Assembly: GCA_019747905.1 (NCBI GenBank)
Contig: JAIEQG010000014.1
Span: forward strand, 15,434-79,433
Reading direction: 5' to 3'
Source: Burkholderiales bacterium
GTDB taxonomy: Bacteria > Pseudomonadota > Gammaproteobacteria > Burkholderiales > Ga0077523
DNA length: 64,000 bases
Shown here: positions 58,881-64,000 of the stretch, in pieces
Layout: every line of letters begins with the position of its first letter
How positions within the stretch are numbered: position 1 is the first letter of the stretch
Program-made: the position numbers and the translations under genes
The notes under the pieces: generated by a model
The model's input: the letters and a program-made list of their open reading frames with translations, nothing else
Told to the model about the DNA's origin: nothing
Database searches by the model: none

Positions 58881-60641
58881 ATGGCAGTGGAAAGCAGCAC
58901 CGGCGACCTGATCCAGGTCGTGACCCTCCTCGGCGCCGCCGTGGTCGCCGTGCCACTGTTCAAGCGCCTCGGCGTGGGTTCGGTGCTGGGCTACCTGGCT
59001 GGCGGTCTCGCGATCGGACCCTTCGGGCTCCGACTGTTCGACGACCCTCATGCGATCCTGCACACGGCCGAGCTCGGCGTGGTGCTGTTCCTGTTCGTGG
59101 TCGGGCTGGAGATGCGCCCGTCCCACCTGTGGAGCCTGCGGCGCGACATCTTCGGTCTGGGCTCGCTCCAGGTGGTCGTGTGCGGCGTGCTGCTCACGGG
59201 CGTCGGCATCGCATTCGGCTTTCCGCTCGCCGTGTCGTTCGTCGCGGCCATGGGCTTCGTGCTGACCTCCACCGCGATCGTCATGCAGCTCCTGAGCGAG
59301 CGCGGCGACATTGCCGCACCACGCGGGCAGAAGATGGTGGCGATCCTGCTGTTCGAGGATCTGCTGATCGTGCCGCTGCTCGCCATCGTCGCGTTCATCG
59401 CACCGTCCGAGGCCGTCGAGCATGCGGCCGGGCAATCGCGTTGGGTGTCCATCGGCATCGCGGTCGGTGCGCTCGGCCTTCTGGTCGCAGCCGGCATCTG
59501 GCTCCTGAACCCTCTGTTCCGCATCCTGGCCCAGGCGCGCGCCCGCGAGGTGATGACGGCGGCGGCGTTGCTGGTGGTGCTCGGTGCGGCGCTGTTGATG
59601 CAGCTCGGCGGACTGTCCATGGCCATGGGAGCGTTCCTCGCCGGCGTGTTGCTCTCGGAGTCCACCTTCCGCCATCAGCTCGAGGCCGACATCGAGCCGT
59701 TCCGCGGACTGCTGTTGGGGCTCTTCTTCATCGCCGTGGGGATGTCGCTGGATCTCGCGGTGGTGGCACGCTACTGGCAGCTCATCCTGGCCGGTGTGCT
59801 GGCGATGATGGTGGTGAAGGCGCTGTGCGTGTACGGGGTTGCCAGGCTTGCCCGCGTATCGCACGTCGATGCGCTCGATCGGGCGGTGTTGATGGCCCAG
59901 GGCGGCGAGTTCGCGTTCGTGCTGTTCGCCGCCGCGGCCGCCGAGAACGTGATCGATGCCACGGTCAACGCCAACATGACCGCCGTGGTGGTGCTGTCGA
60001 TGGCGCTCACGCCGCTAGCGGTGCTGGCACTCAAGCGTTGGGGGCCCGTGGTCGTGCCGTCGCTCGACGGCGTCGAGGCGCCGCAGAACCAGACCGGCGC
60101 CGTGCTGATCATCGGCTTCGGCCGCTTCGGCCAGGTCGCGAGCCAGCATGTGCTGGCGCTGGGCGCGCAAATCACCATCATCGACCACGATCCGCAGCGG
60201 ATCCGCGAGGCGTCGGATTTCGGGTTCAAGGTCTACTACGGCGACGGCACGCGCCTCGACGTGCTGCGCGCGGCCGGTGCCGAATCCGCACGCGCCATCC
60301 TGGTTTGCGTGGATGGCAAGGATGCGACCACGCAGATCGTCGAGCGGACCAAGGCCGAGTTTCGGCAAGCGCGCGTTCTGGCCCGGGTGCGCGACCGCGA
60401 GCACGCGCTCGAACTGCAGCACGGGGATGTTGACTATCTGATCCGCGAGCTGTTCGAGTCCGCCATGGTGTTGGGGCGCGAAGCGGCGCTGACCCTGGGG
60501 GCGACACCGGAAGCGGCCGACGACATTGCCCAGGGCGTGCGCCGGCGCGACGCCGAGCGGTTCCAGCTCCAGCTGGTCGGCGGGATCTATGCCGGGAGCG
60601 AGCTGATGCTCGGCAACAAGACCGCGGAGTTGAAGGAATGA
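58881..60641 (+). CDS. Glutathione-regulated K+ efflux / monovalent cation:proton antiporter-2 (KefB/KefC-like) with RCK/TrkA-N domain
   Basis: CPA2 membrane domain (LGYLAGGLAIGPFGL, ELGVVLFLFVVGLE) plus a C-terminal Rossmann domain (VLIIGFGRFGQ). Confidence 0.8.
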   Translation: MAVESSTGDLIQVVTLLGAAVVAVPLFKRLGVGSVLGYLAGGLAIGPFGLRLFDDPHAILHTAELGVVLFLFVVGLEMRPSHLWSLRRDIFGLGSLQVVVCGVLLTGVGIAFGFPLAVSFVAAMGFVLTSTAIVMQLLSERGDIAAPRGQKMVAILLFEDLLIVPLLAIVAFIAPSEAVEHAAGQSRWVSIGIAVGALGLLVAAGIWLLNPLFRILAQARAREVMTAAALLVVLGAALLMQLGGLSMAMGAFLAGVLLSESTFRHQLEADIEPFRGLLLGLFFIAVGMSLDLAVVARYWQLILAGVLAMMVVKALCVYGVARLARVSHVDALDRAVLMAQGGEFAFVLFAAAAAENVIDATVNANMTAVVVLSMALTPLAVLALKRWGPVVVPSLDGVEAPQNQTGAVLIIGFGRFGQVASQHVLALGAQITIIDHDPQRIREASDFGFKVYYGDGTRLDVLRAAGAESARAILVCVDGKDATTQIVERTKAEFRQARVLARVRDREHALELQHGDVDYLIRELFESAMVLGREAALTLGATPEAADDIAQGVRRRDAERFQLQLVGGIYAGSELMLGNKTAELKE

Positions 60642-61189
60642 ACTCGGGCGCGGGCCATGCAGCCGGTGCGGTCGTCGCCTTCTGGCGTGCAGCGGGTCCC
60701 GATCGCTGGTTCGAGAAGTCGACGGCGTTCGATGAACAGTTCCGCGAGCGTTTCCTCGACGAACACCTGGCCGCGGCGCGGCGCGAACGCGACGCCTGGA
60801 TGGACACTGCCGAAAGCGCGCTGGCACTCGTGATCCTGCTCGACCAGTTTCCGCGCAACGTCTATCGCGGCACCGGGCACATGTACGCTACCGATCCGCT
60901 CGCTCGCCACTTCGCGCGCCGACTGGTCGATGCCGGGTTCGACCAGTCCATCGAGGTCCCGTTGCGGCTCTTCTGCTATCTCCCGTTCGCGCACTCGGAA
61001 GACCTGGCTGACCAGCGCCGCTCGGTCGAACTGCATGCCCGCATCGGCCGACCCTGGCTCGACCATGCCGAAGGGCATTTCGGCATCGTCGAGCGCTTCG
61101 GCCGCTTTCCGCACCGCAATCCGCTGCTCGGGCGCGACACGACGTCGGCGGAACGCGCCTTCCTCGAGGAAGGCGGATTCGCCGGCTGA
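60638..61189 (+). CDS. DUF924 family protein
   Basis: FWRAAGPDRWFEKSTAFDEQFRERF ... LVILLDQFPRNVYRG ... RFGRFPHRN. ATGA overlap with the upstream gene. Confidence 0.7.
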   Translation: MNSGAGHAAGAVVAFWRAAGPDRWFEKSTAFDEQFRERFLDEHLAAARRERDAWMDTAESALALVILLDQFPRNVYRGTGHMYATDPLARHFARRLVDAGFDQSIEVPLRLFCYLPFAHSEDLADQRRSVELHARIGRPWLDHAEGHFGIVERFGRFPHRNPLLGRDTTSAERAFLEEGGFAG

Positions 61190-61277
61190 TGCGGCGGCAC
61201 AGCCGATTCCCGTATTGCCGGGACGCCGCGCAGCGGGTAACTTGCCGATCTTGGCCTGTGTCCGGGGGAGACCGAAC

Positions 61278-62126
61278 TTGAACCGAACCGCGTTGTTGCC
61301 GGCGATGCTGCTCGCCGCCGTCGCATCCATGCCTGCTGCTGCCGATGTCCTGTCGGACATCCGCGCTTCCAAGGTGATCCGCATGGGGCATCTGGAGACT
61401 TCGCCGCCCTTCAGCTATCGGGAAGGGGCCGAAGCGAAGGGGTATTCGGTGGGGCTGTGCGAGAAAGTGGCGCAGAGCATCCGTGCCGACCTCGGCCTCG
61501 ACAACCTGAAGATCGAGTGGGTGCCGGTGACCCTCGCCAATCGCTTCGAGCAGGTGGAGAAGGGCAAGGTCCATGTCGACTGCGGCACCGCCACCTGGAC
61601 CCTCGCGCGCCAGAAGCGCGTCGATTTCAGCCTGATGACATTCGTCGACGGCGGCTCGGTACTGGTCAAGAACGACACGGACCTGTTCAAGCTCGAGGAC
61701 TTCGCCGGCAAGCGCATCGCCGTGGTGAAGGGCACCACCACCGAGCGGTCGGTGCCGGATGCGCTCAAGCTGCGCAACGTCGCAGCTACCGTGGTGGCTG
61801 TCGACAGCGCCGAAACCGGGGTCGCGCAAGTGCAGGCCGGCAAGGCCGACGGTTTTGCGTCCGATCGGTTGAAGCTGATCGGCCTGGCGCTCAATGCGGC
61901 CCAGGCGGGTACCTACCGCGTGGTCGACGAGGATTTCTCGATCGAGCCCTATGCGCTGGTGGTGCCCCGCAACGATCCCGATTTCCGCCTGGCGGTGAAC
62001 CGTGGCCTCGCGCGCATCTACCGCAACGGCGAGATCGTACAGGTCTACGAACGCTGGCTCGGGCCGCTCGGCAAACCCGGCATGCTGCTGAACGCCCTGT
62101 ACTACCTGCAGCGGATCCCGGAATGA
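61278..62126 (+). CDS. Amino-acid ABC transporter substrate-binding protein (PBP family 3)
   Basis: TTG at 61278 is preceded by GGGGGAG and followed by a signal peptide. Periplasmic binding fold motifs (GYSVGLCEKVA, VDCGTATWTLARQKRVDFS, GKADGFASD). The start is less certain. Confidence 0.7.
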   Translation: MNRTALLPAMLLAAVASMPAAADVLSDIRASKVIRMGHLETSPPFSYREGAEAKGYSVGLCEKVAQSIRADLGLDNLKIEWVPVTLANRFEQVEKGKVHVDCGTATWTLARQKRVDFSLMTFVDGGSVLVKNDTDLFKLEDFAGKRIAVVKGTTTERSVPDALKLRNVAATVVAVDSAETGVAQVQAGKADGFASDRLKLIGLALNAAQAGTYRVVDEDFSIEPYALVVPRNDPDFRLAVNRGLARIYRNGEIVQVYERWLGPLGKPGMLLNALYYLQRIPE

Positions 62127-62581
62127 GCCTTGTTGCGCGATTCGGCGCCGGCATCGTCGCATTCATGGCGCTTGGCGGCCACGCCGCGGAGAAGGAAGAA
62201 GTCTCGAAGGCGGCCGCCGCGTGCGAGAACTGCGGCGTCATCCGTTCGATTCGCGAGATCCGCACCGAACGTCCGGTGCCGCGCGCGGGCACGGCCACCG
62301 ATCCGCGCACTAGCCTCGCTTACCAGACCGGGCCGGGTGCGCCGTTGCTGGTGGGGCCGGTGGTGGTCGGGACATGGAATGCCAGCGGGCAGACCAGTTC
62401 GTACGTGGGGGCGTACGGCAGCGACAAGATGCTGGAGGCCTTGCAGCAATCGAGCTGGGAGGTGATCGTGCGCCTGAACGACGGGCAGTTCACGCGCGTG
62501 GAAGAAGGCGATGCATCCGATCTCAGCGTGGGCGATCGAGTCAAGATCGTCGACGGCAGGATCCAGCTGCTGAATCAGTAG
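62123..62581 (+). CDS. Hypothetical secreted protein (152 aa)
   Basis: ATG overlaps the stop of the binding-protein gene (ATGA). Signal-like N-terminus and a CENCG motif. No family recognised. Confidence 0.5.
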   Translation: MSLVARFGAGIVAFMALGGHAAEKEEVSKAAAACENCGVIRSIREIRTERPVPRAGTATDPRTSLAYQTGPGAPLLVGPVVVGTWNASGQTSSYVGAYGSDKMLEALQQSSWEVIVRLNDGQFTRVEEGDASDLSVGDRVKIVDGRIQLLNQ

Positions 62582-62648
62582 CGGCGCCGGGCCGCCGCCC
62601 CCAGCCCTTCCAGGGCGAAGGCAGCACGCCCATCGAGGGCTTCCATTT

Positions 62649-63932
62649 TCACCCCATGCGCTGGCGCACGAGGCCGATGTGCAGACGTAGTGTGTACTGC
62701 AGGTGGCGGAAAGTGACCGGCACGTGAATGTGATCGGCGCGCGCCTCGAGGCGGTCGAGGCGCCGGCGCAGCGCGTCGGTGGCGCCACCCTTCTCGAGTT
62801 CGTTCTCGAGAAACTTCAACTCACCGTACAAGCTGAAGATGCGCCGCCGCATGCTCCAGCCGTAGATGACCGGAGCCAGCCGCAAGATCGGGTACAGCAC
62901 GCCGACCACCGGGATGAGCAGCACCAGGAGCTGGCCGGCGAGAACTGCGAGCCAGAACGGCAGGTAGCGCTGCAGAAACGGCTTCCCGGACGTGTAGAAG
63001 GTGCGCGCGTGATCGCTCAAGGGCAGGTCGATCGCTTCGGCAGCGGGGAACTGTCCGGCCTTCTGGAAGATGCCCGGCCCGCCGTGGATCTGCGTGGCCG
63101 CGTTGAGCAGCAGGTACTGGATTGCCGGGTGCAGATCCTTGCGTACCACCAGAGTCGCCTTGGTCGCGATGAGTTGCACATCGGTGGACGGCAGGTTCTT
63201 CTCGAGGCTCCCCACGCCCATCGGCAGCACCAGCTTGGTGAAGTACGGATACAGCGCCACGTAGGCATCGGCGCGGGGAAAACCGATGAGCCGGACCTCG
63301 GGTGAAGCGGAGAGCTGCCGGATGACCGGTGAATCCCACGACGTCATGAACGTCGCACCATCGAGCTCGCCCGCCACGAGCCGATCGGCCGCTTCCTGCG
63401 GCGAGTAGGCGAGCAGCGGCACGTCGCTCTTGATGCCGTTCAGCGCCAGCAGCCGCAACGAGAACGCACGCGTGCTGCTGCCCTCGGCCCCGGACGAAAA
63501 GCGCTTGCCGATGAAATCGCCGAGCTTCGGCTGGGTCTCGGTGGAGCGCACGAACACCCACAGCGGTTCGTAGAAGAGCGCTCCGAGCGAGACCAGGTCG
63601 CCGTCGCGGTCCGGATCGGCGAGACCGCCTTCGACGAAGCCGATGCTCACATCGGAGTGCGGATCCTTGAGGCGCGCGAGATTCTCGACGCTGCCCGCGG
63701 AGGGGCGCAGTTGCAGGTCGATGCCGACGCGGGCGAAGGCAGCGCGATAGCGCTCGGCGAATCCCGGAAAGGCGCTGCCTTCCGGGCCTGTGCTCATGAC
63801 TACCACGCGCGGCGGCAGCGGACGCGTGAGCGCCAGCGCCCACCACAGCGCGCCCATCACCGCGAGCACGGCCACGATCACGACGACGGATCGGATGCGC
63901 CCCTTGCCCTCGTCTTCGTCCGGCTCGGCCAT
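62649..63932 (-). CDS. TAXI-family TRAP transporter solute receptor-like protein with extra TM segments
   Basis: N-terminal TM segment, then a TAXI-like body (VVVMSTGPEGSAFPGFAERY, DVSIGFVEGG, YEPLWVFVR), then a C-terminal hydrophobic pair (LPFWLAVLAGQLLVLLIPVVGVLYPIL). Confidence 0.6.
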   Translation of the reverse strand: MAEPDEDEGKGRIRSVVVIVAVLAVMGALWWALALTRPLPPRVVVMSTGPEGSAFPGFAERYRAAFARVGIDLQLRPSAGSVENLARLKDPHSDVSIGFVEGGLADPDRDGDLVSLGALFYEPLWVFVRSTETQPKLGDFIGKRFSSGAEGSSTRAFSLRLLALNGIKSDVPLLAYSPQEAADRLVAGELDGATFMTSWDSPVIRQLSASPEVRLIGFPRADAYVALYPYFTKLVLPMGVGSLEKNLPSTDVQLIATKATLVVRKDLHPAIQYLLLNAATQIHGGPGIFQKAGQFPAAEAIDLPLSDHARTFYTSGKPFLQRYLPFWLAVLAGQLLVLLIPVVGVLYPILRLAPVIYGWSMRRRIFSLYGELKFLENELEKGGATDALRRRLDRLEARADHIHVPVTFRHLQYTLRLHIGLVRQRMG

Positions 63933-63943
63933 CGCTACGGCTC

Positions 63944-64000
63944 TTAGAACCGGATCGACAATCCGACCAGCGCCTCGCCTTGGTACAGCGCGTCACCTTT
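63944..64000 (-). CDS. 3' end of a gene running off the right edge (possible outer-membrane beta-barrel protein)
   Basis: The reverse-strand frame reads KGDALYQGEALVGLSIRF-stop. A terminal aromatic Phe is typical of OMP C-termini. Only 18 codons are visible. There is an 11-nt gap to the downstream TAXI gene. Confidence 0.3.
   Translation of the reverse strand, partial: KGDALYQGEALVGLSIRF

Overview
High-GC (roughly two-thirds G+C by eye) proteobacterial chromosomal segment, probably from a beta- or gammaproteobacterium. There are no rRNA or tRNA genes, CRISPR arrays, integrases or transposases that I can see.

Gene content, left to right:
- 1-10.9 kb: distal part of the NADH dehydrogenase I operon (nuoF' to nuoN) followed by a NUDIX hydrolase.
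- 11-16.5 kb: a DSF-type quorum-sensing module. It has an RpfF-like crotonase signal synthase and an HTH-PAS-GGDEF-EAL RpfR-like receptor, with a divergently transcribed Aas-like acyltransferase/acyl-ACP synthetase.
- 16.6-28.1 kb: a compact defence island of seven co-directional minus-strand genes. In transcription order these are a Type III-like restriction subunit (res), its methyltransferase (mod), two overlapping ORFs of unrecognisable family (189 aa and 369 aa), darT, darG, and a UvrD-like helicase with an N-terminal RelE/ParE-like domain.
- 28.4-38.3 kb: housekeeping genes. These are a PQQ-dependent sugar dehydrogenase, htpG, a BT1-like transporter, PaiB, a histidine phosphatase, an enoyl-CoA hydratase and a patatin/Omp85 protein.
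- 38.3-46.9 kb: a complete Nit1C / MSMEG_0565-0572-type nitrilase, radical-SAM, GNAT and AIR-synthase-like cluster, with a divergent MocR regulator.
- 46.9-64 kb: ppa, a FIST protein, DUF599, an amidase, a methyltransferase, an HpcH aldolase, a hydratase, a PLD-family lipoprotein, an Fpg/Nei glycosylase, mnmC, a CPA2 K+ efflux protein, DUF924, an amino-acid binding protein and a TAXI-TRAP receptor.

The best candidate for an undescribed system is the two-gene module at 20447-22122. It lies between the R-M system and DarTG, in the most AT-rich part of the window.

Three families of structured intergenic repeats are also present.

All calls come from reading the translations. No database search was run, and start codons are my best reading of the sequence context.
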